From the IMG/VR virus record IMGVR_UViG_3300028384_001589: 64,000 nucleotides of DNA. The stretch is one strand, 5' to 3'. Positions 1-8,755 of the stretch are shown here, in pieces. How positions within the stretch are numbered: position 1 is the stretch's first letter; each line of letters starts with the position of its first letter. The notes beneath the pieces were generated by a model. It made no database searches, had not been told where the DNA came from, and saw nothing but the letters and a program-made list of their open reading frames with translations. This stretch comes from an uncultured virus (IMG/VR IMGVR_UViG_3300028384_001589). Its lineage: Duplodnaviria > Heunggongvirae > Uroviricota > Caudoviricetes. Both the position numbers and the translations under genes were made by a program.

Positions 1-255
1 TTACCGCCAATGGTGTGGTCTAACATCATCTGCTTTCCATACTTGATCCTCTCGATCATCTTTGACCTCCTTGTTATTTGCAGGGTCACCTGCCTCCAAA
101 TTATCCAAATCAGGATTCTTTTTACCGTGTGGATAACGCTTGCCATCCTTGTGGTTACCTGACTCGGTCTGCACACCTGATATGAACTCCTTGTGTCCTT
201 CAGGTAGTTTACCTCGGTCAAGACCTATGTAGTGACCGTTGTCTTTTTTGCTCAT
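1..255 (-). CDS. hypothetical protein (84 aa)
   Basis: ORF track; minus-strand TTGACT-17-TATAAT promoter at about 286-314. Confidence 0.55.
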   Translation of the reverse strand: MSKKDNGHYIGLDRGKLPEGHKEFISGVQTESGNHKDGKRYPHGKKNPDLDNLEAGDPANNKEVKDDREDQVWKADDVRPHHWR

Positions 256-510
256 AATGTTTGCTGGTTTGTTTAACTTGTATACTATTATACTAAAGTT
301 GTAGTAGAAGTCAACCTCAATTTGCCAAAATATTTGATTGCCAACTTTAGGTTGACACAGTTATGCAAAAATAGCAACACTGTCTTGCACAAAAATAGGT
401 TGATTTTACGTCTAAACGAAAGTATTATTATATACTAATATATAAATACGTATGTTGCAATGCAATGTTACTACGTTCCAGTGGTACTTGTAACACAACA
501 CACACATAGA

Positions 511-614
511 CACCAGGAAAGACTGGGGCGTAACTCACGCCTTACAAGAGCGACGATAGGAAAAGACCTATTGCACCGCCGGGGAAGTTCCGGGGTATTG
601 CTTTCCTTAAGCAT
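511..614 (+). ncRNA. candidate structured 5' leader RNA (five short hairpins)
   Basis: CCAG-GAAAGA-CTGG, GGCG-TAACTCA-CGCC, ATAGG-AAAAGA-CCTAT, CCGG-GGAAGTT-CCGG and TGCTT-TCCTT-AAGCA lie between TATAAATA (441) and the RBS at about 626. Confidence 0.45.
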
Positions 615-636
615 CCATACATCATAGGAGAAAACA

Positions 637-840
637 ATGACACACTTTTGGAGTGGGTTGATGTCTTGGATGAAACGCGGAATGACTGACCGTCACCGCA
701 AAGATCTATTGACTTGGGCCCAAAACGAGTACAAGAAAGATTGGAAGTATGCTTATCATTTCATGTTAACACATGATGGTAGAGCACCAACACATAGAGA
801 AATAAACGGACCAAGTTATGTCCGTAAGGAGGTGGCATAA
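637..840 (+). CDS. hypothetical small protein
   Basis: AGGAG RBS; stop codon abuts the next ATG. Confidence 0.75.
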   Translation: MTHFWSGLMSWMKRGMTDRHRKDLLTWAQNEYKKDWKYAYHFMLTHDGRAPTHREINGPSYVRKEVA

Positions 841-1002
841 ATGCTTACCTTCCTTAAAAAACTATTCACATACACTGACCATAACTGGGACGAAGACTAT
901 CTGTCTCGTGCTACTGACCACGTTGATCTGGAACGTAGGATCAGGGAACTTGATAGGCGCCAGGTCGTTACCGGACCGTTCGGGTATAAAAGAATCCATT
1001 AA
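841..1002 (+). CDS. DUF3563-like small protein (53 aa; missing from ORF track)
   Basis: Manual translation MLTFLKKLF...DEDYLSRATDHVDLERRIRELDRR; YL-x5-DLE-R-R-L motif; AGGAGG RBS. Confidence 0.7.
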   Translation: MLTFLKKLFTYTDHNWDEDYLSRATDHVDLERRIRELDRRQVVTGPFGYKRIH

Positions 1003-1031
1003 CACATACAGACACACAAAGGAGATATAAA

Positions 1032-1286
1032 ATGTTATTATGGGAAAGATTTAAAAACGCTTGTGTATCAGCAGGCTATGCCAGAGCCGCAAGTCAACTC
1101 GCTACTCAAGGACATTACGAAGAAGCAAAGGCTTTGATGCTTAATGGCGTTAAAGAAACTGTCGAACGTAAGAAGGCTATTCAAAGACTTGAAAGAGTAA
1201 AGAAAGCCAAGGCATCATACGAGCCAGGCGATCATTACATGAAGGGTCACAAGGTTGCATTTTGGAGAGGACACGCTGATGCCTAA
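1032..1286 (+). CDS. hypothetical protein
   Basis: AAGGAG RBS preceded by a CA-rich tract. Confidence 0.75.
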   Translation: MLLWERFKNACVSAGYARAASQLATQGHYEEAKALMLNGVKETVERKKAIQRLERVKKAKASYEPGDHYMKGHKVAFWRGHADA

Positions 1287-1389
1287 TATAAAAGATTTTA
1301 TTAGAAGTTCAATGGTATTGGTTGTAATGCTGTCAGTAATGGCAGGCTTTATGATCCTTAACGGAATGTTCTGGGGAGGAATGCTGTAA
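1279..1389 (+). CDS. small membrane peptide (36 aa)
   Basis: MPNIKDFIRSSMVLVVMLSVMAGFMILNGMFWGGML; GGAGAGG RBS; overlaps the upstream ORF end. Confidence 0.55.
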   Translation: MPNIKDFIRSSMVLVVMLSVMAGFMILNGMFWGGML

Positions 1390-1466
1390 TGAATACACTT
1401 AACTGGTGGCCGGTAACGGACGAAGAAGCAGACTATTTGTCTAATCCAAAACCTACTAAAAAATAA
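1389..1466 (+). CDS. small peptide (25 aa)
   Basis: MNTLNWWPVTDEEADYLSNPKPTKK; GGAGG RBS; TAATG translational coupling. Confidence 0.45.
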   Translation: MNTLNWWPVTDEEADYLSNPKPTKK

Positions 1467-1594
1467 TGATTTTCATTATTGACTTTTGTGGTCAATAGTG
1501 TTTAAATATTATAGTAGACTCAAGCGGGACTTGTATTTTTATACTCAACCGTGAACTGACTACATTTTGTTAACTTGAATTAAGGAGAAACATT

Positions 1595-1666
1595 ATGTGG
1601 ACAAAACCTACAGCAGAAGAAATGCGTTTTGGCTTTGAAGTGACAATGTACGTCATGAACAAGTAA
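1595..1666 (+). CDS. pqqA: coenzyme PQQ precursor peptide PqqA (23 aa; missing from ORF track)
   Basis: MWTKPTAEEMRFGFEVTMYVMNK matches the PqqA pattern W-x-x-P...R-x-GFEVTMY with ExxxY; TAAGGAG RBS; own terminator. Confidence 0.92.
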   Translation: MWTKPTAEEMRFGFEVTMYVMNK

Positions 1667-1675
1667 ACGAGTTTT

Positions 1676-1700
1676 AAGGGAGTCTTCGGGCTCCCTTTTT
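1676..1700 (+). terminator. intrinsic terminator after pqqA
   Basis: AAGGGAGTC-TTCG-GGCTCCCTT followed by T run. Confidence 0.85.
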
Positions 1701-1716
1701 ATTTTAAGGAACAGTT

Positions 1717-1938
1717 ATGGACAAAGCACCACAACCTTCACCGTGGGGGTTAGTATTGATAGTTGCCTTCTTAGCGTCTTTGATTATTTTTGGTCCAAAC
1801 AAAAAAGATGCCGAAGTTAGCCAATCAATACAACACGGAACAGTTAACTGTAACCAAGATCCAAAAACATTAAACAGAACACAGTTAGAGTTGTGTATAC
1901 AGATTGGATCATTTAGCAAAGGATCGCACTATGAATAA
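1717..1938 (+). CDS. small membrane-anchored protein
   Basis: N-terminal hydrophobic helix; AAGGA RBS. Confidence 0.6.
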   Translation: MDKAPQPSPWGLVLIVAFLASLIIFGPNKKDAEVSQSIQHGTVNCNQDPKTLNRTQLELCIQIGSFSKGSHYE

Positions 1939-2104
1939 ATTACAATGGGTAGGATTAGTAGCAATAATATTAGTTTTATGGGTTATGTTAGCAGACAGCA
2001 AGAGCAGTGATGCGAATGCTCAAACCAAAATGGTATGGGAACAACCAGCCGTTTGTACAATAAACACAAGTGACTGGCCATGTTTGGACGAAAAAGGCTG
2101 TTGA
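1931..2104 (+). CDS. small membrane-anchored protein
   Basis: MNKLQWVGLVAIILVLWVML...; start trimmed to ATG 1931. Confidence 0.55.
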   Translation: MNKLQWVGLVAIILVLWVMLADSKSSDANAQTKMVWEQPAVCTINTSDWPCLDEKGC

Positions 2105-2183
2105 CAATACTAAATACTTCTGTTATAGTAGTAGACGTTATACTATATAACACAAACACACATACACACAAAGGAGAAAAAGT

Positions 2184-2492
2184 ATGAATAAGACGTTCAA
2201 AGAAGGTATCGAAAAAGGTGCCGAGCAGTTAGCACAATCCGTGCGTGAAACATTACCAAAGGTTCAATTTAATAAAAATGGTTACGAAATCCGTACCCAA
2301 GTATTAGATTTAGCCAAGCAGTGGAATGAGTTTGAATACTCACAAAAGTTCTTAGGTTATGAAACTTCAACTAAGAGAGATCCTAACAGTGGAGAATTTG
2401 TAACTACTGTTGGAATGCCTGAAGTACCAGGTGTTGACCAAGTGCTTGAAACTGCTGAGAAGTTCTACAACTTCATCAACAAAACTAAATAA
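2184..2492 (+). CDS. hypothetical phage protein
   Basis: AAGGAG RBS with CA-rich leader; terminator downstream. Confidence 0.8.
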   Translation: MNKTFKEGIEKGAEQLAQSVRETLPKVQFNKNGYEIRTQVLDLAKQWNEFEYSQKFLGYETSTKRDPNSGEFVTTVGMPEVPGVDQVLETAEKFYNFINKTK

Positions 2493-2557
2493 CAATCTAA
2501 AGCAAGTACATATAGACGGCCATAGGCCACACAAATAATAAAGTAGTAAAAACAGAG

Positions 2558-2593
2558 AAAGGCTTGTATCAATTACGGTGCAGGCCTTTTTTT
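2558..2593 (+). terminator. intrinsic terminator
   Basis: AAAGGCTTGTATC-AATTAC-GGTGCAGGCCTTT followed by T run. Confidence 0.75.
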
Positions 2594-2611
2594 GTGAGTA
2601 TAATTAATTGT

Positions 2612-3181
2612 ATGTTTGAAGTTATTGAAAATTTTTTACCTCAATCCTACCAAGACGAATTAGAGAGTGTTCTAACACGATATGATTTTCCTTGGTACTA
2701 TCAACCTAACATCACAACAGGTAAACCCAAAATCAATGATGAACGTTTCAAATACAGTCACGGGTTTACTCATCAATTCTATCATCAAGAACACGGAGTA
2801 CAAAGTTCCTTTTATGGATTGGTACAAACACTGCTACACTTTGTTCCTGAAAAATATAACGTACAAGGTTACTATAGATTAAAAGCAAATCTAACTGTTC
2901 CTGTTAAAGATTGGACTAAGGATACATCACAAGAGCCACACGTTGATATGCCAATACCACATTTGGTTTGTTTGTATTATGTAAATGACAGTGATGGAGA
3001 TACATTTTTCTTTGATCAAATGTTTGACGAACGTGCAGAGCCTAATGACTTTACAGTTTACAAACGTATTGCTCCTAAGAAAGGCACAGCAGTTATCTTC
3101 GACGGACTAAGGTATCACGGTAGCAACTGTCCAATTGAATCACAGTCACGTTTTATTATTAATGCAGGATTAATCATATGA
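2612..3181 (+). CDS. 2OG-Fe(II) oxygenase-like protein
   Basis: HVD...LYYVNDSDGDT...FDG.RYH...R pattern; start trimmed to ATG 2612. Confidence 0.8.
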   Translation: MFEVIENFLPQSYQDELESVLTRYDFPWYYQPNITTGKPKINDERFKYSHGFTHQFYHQEHGVQSSFYGLVQTLLHFVPEKYNVQGYYRLKANLTVPVKDWTKDTSQEPHVDMPIPHLVCLYYVNDSDGDTFFFDQMFDERAEPNDFTVYKRIAPKKGTAVIFDGLRYHGSNCPIESQSRFIINAGLII

Positions 3182-3756
3182 TGTACATTAGAAACCCAAA
3201 TGAAGATCGTACTTGGGAAGCCTATTTAGATAATTGTCTAAGTGATGAAAGTATCAAAGACGTTGAAAAATATATTCAAGAACAGGGACTCGAAGAAGCA
3301 GGAACTATGGGTCACGGTGATGAACAATCTATAAGACAAACAAATATACGTTTTATAGAAATAAATGAAAGTACTCAGTCGTTCTATAACGAAATAAACA
3401 ATCTTGTTAATCATGTTAATGTAGGAAAATACAATTGGCAAATTAGTTCTATTGAACCTATTCAATACAGCGAGTATGAACAAGGTGGACACTATACTTG
3501 GCACAGTGATTGCATTTTAAAAGGTGCAAATAATAATACACGTAAAATTAGTTTTAGTATCTTGTTAAATGATCCTTCAGATTTTGAAGGAGGTGATCTG
3601 CAACTATACAAGTTTGGTGACCAACCAGATACCATGCAGATGAAAAAGAATAGTGCAGTTTTCTTTCCATCATTTTTATTACACAGAGTAACACCTGTAA
3701 CAAAAGGTACTCGTAAGGCTCTTGTAGGCTGGGTACACGGTCCAAACTTCATCTAA
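3178..3756 (+). CDS. 2OG-Fe(II) oxygenase (prolyl-4-hydroxylase/PKHD-like)
   Basis: WHSD, RKISFSILLN, FEGGDL, FPSFLLHRVTPVTKGTRKALVGW. Confidence 0.9.
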   Translation: MMYIRNPNEDRTWEAYLDNCLSDESIKDVEKYIQEQGLEEAGTMGHGDEQSIRQTNIRFIEINESTQSFYNEINNLVNHVNVGKYNWQISSIEPIQYSEYEQGGHYTWHSDCILKGANNNTRKISFSILLNDPSDFEGGDLQLYKFGDQPDTMQMKKNSAVFFPSFLLHRVTPVTKGTRKALVGWVHGPNFI

Positions 3757-3793
3757 GCATCCTATCATTATATACGTAGATAAATACTTCTAC

Positions 3794-4996
3794 ATGATAG
3801 ACAAGAAACCATTTGAACAACTAATAGATAAACTTAAAGACGAAGGCAAGTACAGAGTCTTTAATGATATTCTTCGCGAACGTGGAGAATATCCTAATGC
3901 CATTTGGTATGGCAAGTACAATATTAAAAACATTGTAAATTGGTGCTCGAATGATTATCTTGGTATGGGCCAGCACAAAGTCGTTTTAGATGCCATGCAT
4001 ACTGCTCTCGATCAAACCGGAGCAGGTTCGGGTGGGACAAGAAACATTGGTGGAACATCTCATTATCATGTAGCACTTGAACATGAGTTGGCTCAACTGC
4101 ATAGCAAAGAGTCTGCACTCTTGTTCACGTCTGCTTACGTAGCAAATGAATGGACTCTTGTTTCACTTAAACGTATCATTCCCGACATTGTGTTCCTATC
4201 TGATAGTAAGAATCATGCAAGCCTTATCCAAGGGATTCGACACAGTGGTGCTGAGAAACACATTTTTCCGCACAATGATCTTGAAACATTAGAACAACTA
4301 CTGCGAGACGTCGAAGGCACTCCTTGCATCGTCTTCGAGTCTGTGTATAGCATGGATGGATACGTCAGTAAAATTCCAGAAATTTGTGCGTTGGCAAAGA
4401 AGTACAACGCTATTACCTATCTCGACGAAGTTCATGCTGTAGGCTTGTACGGTAATACCGGCGCAGGTTATGCAGAGAAACTTGGCTGTCTTAGCGAGAT
4501 AGACATTTTAAATGGCACACTTGGTAAGGCCTTTGGTGTGCAGGGCGGATACATTACAGGGAATAGTACTGTCATAGACGCTATCCGTTCTGTTGCCTCA
4601 GGCTTTATCTTTACTACTTCATTGAGTCCTGTTGTTTGTGCAGGAGCATTGGCTTCTATCAAATATCTAAAAGATCATAACGAACTAAGAGAAAAGCATC
4701 AACAACGTGCTTTACAATTAAAGACAGAATTCTTAAACGAAGGAATAGATGTGTTAGAAAATAGCACACACATTGTTCCTGTGATGGTTCGTGATGCTAA
4801 GAAAACAAAGGCTATGAGTGATATGTTATTAGATGACTATAACATTTACTGTCAGCCTATCAATTATCCAACAGTGGAAGAAGGAACAGAAAGACTGCGT
4901 TTCGCTCCCACGCCTTATCACACAGATGCTATGATTCATAACTTAGTAGACAGTATGCGTAAGGTTATTAAACGCTTCCAAGAAGGTTGCGTCTGA
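3794..4996 (+). CDS. hemA: 5-aminolevulinate synthase (PLP, Shemin pathway)
   Basis: WCSNDYLGMGQH, GAGSGGTRNIGGT, FESVYSMDG, DEVHAVGLYG, GTLGKAFG, GFIFTTSL. Confidence 0.95.
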   Translation: MIDKKPFEQLIDKLKDEGKYRVFNDILRERGEYPNAIWYGKYNIKNIVNWCSNDYLGMGQHKVVLDAMHTALDQTGAGSGGTRNIGGTSHYHVALEHELAQLHSKESALLFTSAYVANEWTLVSLKRIIPDIVFLSDSKNHASLIQGIRHSGAEKHIFPHNDLETLEQLLRDVEGTPCIVFESVYSMDGYVSKIPEICALAKKYNAITYLDEVHAVGLYGNTGAGYAEKLGCLSEIDILNGTLGKAFGVQGGYITGNSTVIDAIRSVASGFIFTTSLSPVVCAGALASIKYLKDHNELREKHQQRALQLKTEFLNEGIDVLENSTHIVPVMVRDAKKTKAMSDMLLDDYNIYCQPINYPTVEEGTERLRFAPTPYHTDAMIHNLVDSMRKVIKRFQEGCV

Positions 4997-5007
4997 AAGG
5001 TAACACT

Positions 5008-5427
5008 ATGAATAAAATAAAAAAATATATCTGGATGGGACTTGGTTTCTTATCCTTGGGGATGGCATACGTTGGCGTTGTTGTACCAGGCATTCCTTTT
5101 TCAATCTTTCTTGTATTTGCGGCATACTGTTTTGCAAAGAGTTCTAAGAAGATGCATGATTGGTTATACAACCACAAATACTTTGGCCCATTCTTAACCA
5201 ACTGGGTACAAAAAAGAGTATTTCCTACCAAGGGAAAATACGCAATGGTGTTGGTAATGGCATCATCGCTTATGTTTCTTTGGTTCACTACAGAAAATAT
5301 CAAAGCCGTAGCATGGAGCGGAGGCTTTATGGCACTGGTTGCTATTTGGGCATGGCGTTTTCCTGGTTCTGTTACAGAACACGAAGCACGTATCAAAGCC
5401 GGTAAGAAAATCGGATGGCTCAAATAG
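5008..5427 (+). CDS. YbaN/DUF454 family inner-membrane protein
   Basis: LG.VGVVVPGIP...FLVFAAYCFAKSS...HDWLYNHKYFGPFL. Confidence 0.85.
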   Translation: MNKIKKYIWMGLGFLSLGMAYVGVVVPGIPFSIFLVFAAYCFAKSSKKMHDWLYNHKYFGPFLTNWVQKRVFPTKGKYAMVLVMASSLMFLWFTTENIKAVAWSGGFMALVAIWAWRFPGSVTEHEARIKAGKKIGWLK

Positions 5428-5606
5428 ATTACGAAAACACAAACGGGTTGGAGGTGCTTTGGCATCTCCTAACCACAGAACCTTTCTTTTGGTTCATACT
5501 ATCCATTGGCGGCATAGCCTTGTTGTTCAGCATATGGATTGACCGTTACTGGGACAACGATCCTGATATTAAACATCACGACGATTCACATCACATTAAT
5601 AGATAA
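5415..5606 (+). CDS. small membrane protein
   Basis: Single hydrophobic helix; overlaps the end of the upstream ORF. Confidence 0.55.
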   Translation: MAQIDYENTNGLEVLWHLLTTEPFFWFILSIGGIALLFSIWIDRYWDNDPDIKHHDDSHHINR

Positions 5607-5648
5607 TTCTACCATACAGAATTAAATACGTACAGAAGGAGAAAGTTC

Positions 5649-6113
5649 ATGCGTTTATCTAAAAACTTTACTATGGCTGAATTTACCAAAAGCCAGACTG
5701 CTGAAAGAAAGGGTATTGATAATACCCCACAAGGCGAACATCTTGAAGCGGCCAAAGCACTATTTGAAAATGTTGTGCAAAAGGTAAGAGAAAACTTTGG
5801 TGTTACTGTAATTAACTCAGGTTATAGATCACCGGACTTAAATGAAGCAGTAGGTGGATCATCACGTTCACAACACTGCAAGGGCGAAGCGGCAGATATT
5901 GAATGTCCAGGAACAGCGAATGCAGATGTTGCTAATTGGATTGTAGATAACTTAGACTTCGATCAAGTAATCCTTGAATTCTATACACCAGGCATTCCAG
6001 ACTCGGGTTGGGTACACGTTTCTTATAAAGCAGACGGTAGCAATCGCAAATCAATCCTAACTGCAAAAAGAGTTGACGGAAAGACTGTATACGAAAATGG
6101 AATTAACGTCTAA
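5649..6113 (+). CDS. peptidase M15A (D-Ala-D-Ala carboxypeptidase-type Zn peptidase; possible endolysin)
   Basis: LSKNFT..EF, INSGYRS, SQHCKGEAADI, WVHVS. Confidence 0.9.
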   Translation: MRLSKNFTMAEFTKSQTAERKGIDNTPQGEHLEAAKALFENVVQKVRENFGVTVINSGYRSPDLNEAVGGSSRSQHCKGEAADIECPGTANADVANWIVDNLDFDQVILEFYTPGIPDSGWVHVSYKADGSNRKSILTAKRVDGKTVYENGINV

Positions 6114-6657
6114 AGACGACATCTACGTTTGGGACAACTTCTTTGACCAAGCAGTCTTTGATGATCTAATATCTAAGAGTGAGTATGTTCCGTGGAAGTA
6201 TTGCGAAGTAGTCAGTGAAAGCAAAGGCAATCCTGTCGAACGCTTTATGACATGGAACATCTACGAAGAAGGTGCTGTTGACTTTGACCCTATGCAAATT
6301 AGCAACGTCATTGATCAAACTTGTCGCAAACGTATACTTGAAAAGATTCCACACGCTGACATAGTTGATATGAAACGTTTACGTTTTAATGGAACTATGA
6401 AGGGCGAAGGCTATGTTATGTGGCCACACGCTGATATCTTCAGCGACCAATCTACTATTTGGACCATTGTTATCTATCTAAAGGGTGATGGTGGAACAAC
6501 TATTTACGAACACAAAAACGGTCCAGAACTAACAACTGTAGACTTTAAGCCTAACAGAGCAGTTATGTTTCCATCAAGATGTTGGCATAGAGCAGAGTCT
6601 CCTAAAGACTCTTACTTTAGAACAAGTCTTGGTGTTGTTTATATGTTTGATGCTTAA
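6097..6657 (+). CDS. 2OG-Fe(II) oxygenase-like protein
   Basis: PHAD, GGTTI, NRAVMFPS..WH...R. Confidence 0.75.
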   Translation: MELTSKDDIYVWDNFFDQAVFDDLISKSEYVPWKYCEVVSESKGNPVERFMTWNIYEEGAVDFDPMQISNVIDQTCRKRILEKIPHADIVDMKRLRFNGTMKGEGYVMWPHADIFSDQSTIWTIVIYLKGDGGTTIYEHKNGPELTTVDFKPNRAVMFPSRCWHRAESPKDSYFRTSLGVVYMFDA

Positions 6658-7025
6658 CTTGGTTGACCTTGAGTAGCAGGACCAAAATCCTTACCACCTA
6701 AGAAATAACACACTTGATCACTGTCTGGAAAAGTTACTACATATGACCAAGTTCCCGTTTTAGCATTAACCCATATGTTGCCATAACCGGATAATAACTG
6801 TCCATTTGGTGCTGTAAAAGATACAAGCATTTTAGCAAATGGAAGTTCTTTGTATTCGGTTACGATTGCTTTCATCATTACTTCTGATGGACCGCAATCT
6901 ACCATAATTGGTAGGCGCATTACACCCTGCTGATTTTGTTGCTCTTGGGATAATGCTGGGTTTGTAAAGTTCACAAATACAAGCAAAAATCCAAGAAGCA
7001 AACCTTGGATTGCTTTATTCTTCAT
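6654..7025 (-). CDS. hypothetical exported protein
   Basis: Signal-peptide-like N terminus; TAAATA 7 nt upstream of ATG. Confidence 0.7.
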   Translation of the reverse strand: MKNKAIQGLLLGFLLVFVNFTNPALSQEQQNQQGVMRLPIMVDCGPSEVMMKAIVTEYKELPFAKMLVSFTAPNGQLLSGYGNIWVNAKTGTWSYVVTFPDSDQVCYFLGGKDFGPATQGQPS

Positions 7026-7040
7026 AGTAAAGTATTTATA

Positions 7041-7601
7041 TTAAAAAAAGGCGTCTACTGCTTCGTTGCCTGCGAGTTTGACACAGTCCATCCAACCTGC
7101 TTTGCCGTCTTTGCTGAAGAATATATGTGCCGGAGGATTTTCTATTTGAAGCCAACTGCCATGATGTATCTCCATTGCAAGTTGACGTGGATGCCATGTA
7201 CAAACACCTGCTAACATTTTGTAGTCTTTGGGTAGGTTGCCCATTGCTACTTTTTCAAGCATTACCCTATCACTGCTTATTGCAAGATCATGTGGTGTTT
7301 GATATGTTGCTTGACTGTTCCATTCATTAGAGTGTAACAATACTACTGTTTCCTCGGATACAGGTCCACCTTTGTAAAGTTTCTGCTCATTAGAAAGAAT
7401 ACCTACATCTGGTTCAATAGGATCTTTTTGTATCCTTAACACATCTGTAACTCTAAGTTTAGAAGGTTTATTAAGAACAAGTCCGTAAACTACATCGTCT
7501 TTTTCTTCATAGATGTAAACAACAGATTGTTTGAAAATTTCGTCGGTGTCCAGTGCAGGAGTTGCAACAAGGATCTTACCGCGGTACAATTGGTACGTCA
7601 T
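7041..7601 (-). CDS. YqgE/AlgH (DUF179) family protein
   Basis: GKILVATP, F..SVVYI, GLVLNKP, GGPV, GVCTW..QL..EI..GSW. Confidence 0.88.
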   Translation of the reverse strand: MTYQLYRGKILVATPALDTDEIFKQSVVYIYEEKDDVVYGLVLNKPSKLRVTDVLRIQKDPIEPDVGILSNEQKLYKGGPVSEETVVLLHSNEWNSQATYQTPHDLAISSDRVMLEKVAMGNLPKDYKMLAGVCTWHPRQLAMEIHHGSWLQIENPPAHIFFSKDGKAGWMDCVKLAGNEAVDAFF

Positions 7602-7602
7602 A

Positions 7603-7842
7603 CTAACTCCAATCTGGCAATGGACCGCCGTACTTTTTGCCCTTGATCTTCTTTCCCCCTACTTTGCTTCTTGACTTTCCGATCTTGTGTGACTTCTTTC
7701 CTTCTCTTCTTCTATAGCCTTGACTCTTACAACTCGCCAAAGCAGAGGCGCCAAGTGAATCATTAGAGCGTGAACTCTTACATAACTTGGCACTTGCCTT
7801 TGCTTCTAATTCAACTGTTTCGTCAATGTCTATAATTTTCAT
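7603..7842 (-). CDS. small basic hypothetical protein
   Basis: Lys/Arg-rich, ends KYGGPLPDWS; start trimmed to the ATG 8 nt after TAAATA. Confidence 0.65.
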   Translation of the reverse strand: MKIIDIDETVELEAKASAKLCKSSRSNDSLGASALASCKSQGYRRREGKKSHKIGKSRSKVGGKKIKGKKYGGPLPDWS

Positions 7843-7843
7843 G

Positions 7844-8059
7844 CTATCTATATTTATCCGCCGCACATTCGTAATCATCGTTTGCGGTTTCTACTAATTT
7901 GAAAGTTAATACCTTTCGAGGTCCCCTTGTTGTGTTAATTGAAATATCCCCTGACTTAGGGAAGTATTCTATCTTTGTTATTTCTGCTAAATCATCGTGC
8001 TTACCTACTGCAATTTGTTGACCAACTGCAAGATTTAATTGTAATGTATTGAGTTTCAT
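7844..8059 (-). CDS. hypothetical protein (71 aa)
   Basis: C-terminal part of track ORF 7844..8470 starting at MKLNTL; AGGAGG upstream. Confidence 0.65.
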   Translation of the reverse strand: MKLNTLQLNLAVGQQIAVGKHDDLAEITKIEYFPKSGDISINTTRGPRKVLTFKLVETANDDYECAADKYR

Positions 8060-8141
8060 ATCGGAGGTCCTCCTTTTCCTGTGCTGAACAGCACTAAAAT
8101 ATTTATTAAGGCCCCGCTGTGCGTTAACCGAAACTATAATA

Positions 8142-8753
8142 TTATGAAGGATTCGGAATAAACTCTGGGTTGTGAATGTAGCACACAGTCTTTTTAGGCA
8201 CATATGTAACCAACAACACTTTATCTTTGTCAGGGTGATTGTGTACATGGCCTTTAAATGCACTGTCGTGGGGTTTAACTTGGATAGGATACTCTCCTGC
8301 CCAACCATCAATACCTTGTGACTCTTCTTCTGCTGTACTAAACCTATAAGGCAAACCGTAGTAGTCAGCAACAACTCTAATAGCAACTTCTTCACCTCCC
8401 ATGCCCATATGTGTCTTATTGTACACAACTTCCTTGACATAGTCAATGCACATTTCTTCCGTAATGCCACCTACCTGCATCTTCTTAATCATAGTGTAGA
8501 TCTTTTTACCTGCTTCACTGAGGCCGTCACTGCCATGAGTGTCATTATAATACTTTGTCCACTCACTGAGGGTGCCTTTGATACCGTCACTACGCATCTG
8601 CAACCAGGTGTCTTTGCAATGGCCTACATACTTAGACCTAAAGGCCTGTGAGTTTTGACCTGCAATGTTTAGAATCTGTGTGGCATACTTAGGCCACTCG
8701 CGACGCCTTGGTTCGATTTTTGATTTGAAGTGTTTGCCTGTAAGTTTGATCAT
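8142..8753 (-). CDS. MjaI-family restriction-endonuclease-like protein
   Basis: PKYATQILNIA.QNSQA.R...VG N-terminal motif and EEESQGIDGW...PIQVKP PD-(D/E)xK-like core. Confidence 0.7.
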   Translation of the reverse strand: MIKLTGKHFKSKIEPRRREWPKYATQILNIAGQNSQAFRSKYVGHCKDTWLQMRSDGIKGTLSEWTKYYNDTHGSDGLSEAGKKIYTMIKKMQVGGITEEMCIDYVKEVVYNKTHMGMGGEEVAIRVVADYYGLPYRFSTAEEESQGIDGWAGEYPIQVKPHDSAFKGHVHNHPDKDKVLLVTYVPKKTVCYIHNPEFIPNPS

Positions 8754-8755
8754 TT

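Noticed and set aside
818..1030. Track ORF MSVRRWHK...
   Set aside because: It is a shadow of the DUF3563-like ORF 841-1002, which has the AGGAGG RBS.
7844..8470. 208-aa ORF overlapping the nuclease gene
   Set aside because: The upstream two-thirds is an alternative-frame extension; the RBS supports a start at 8059.
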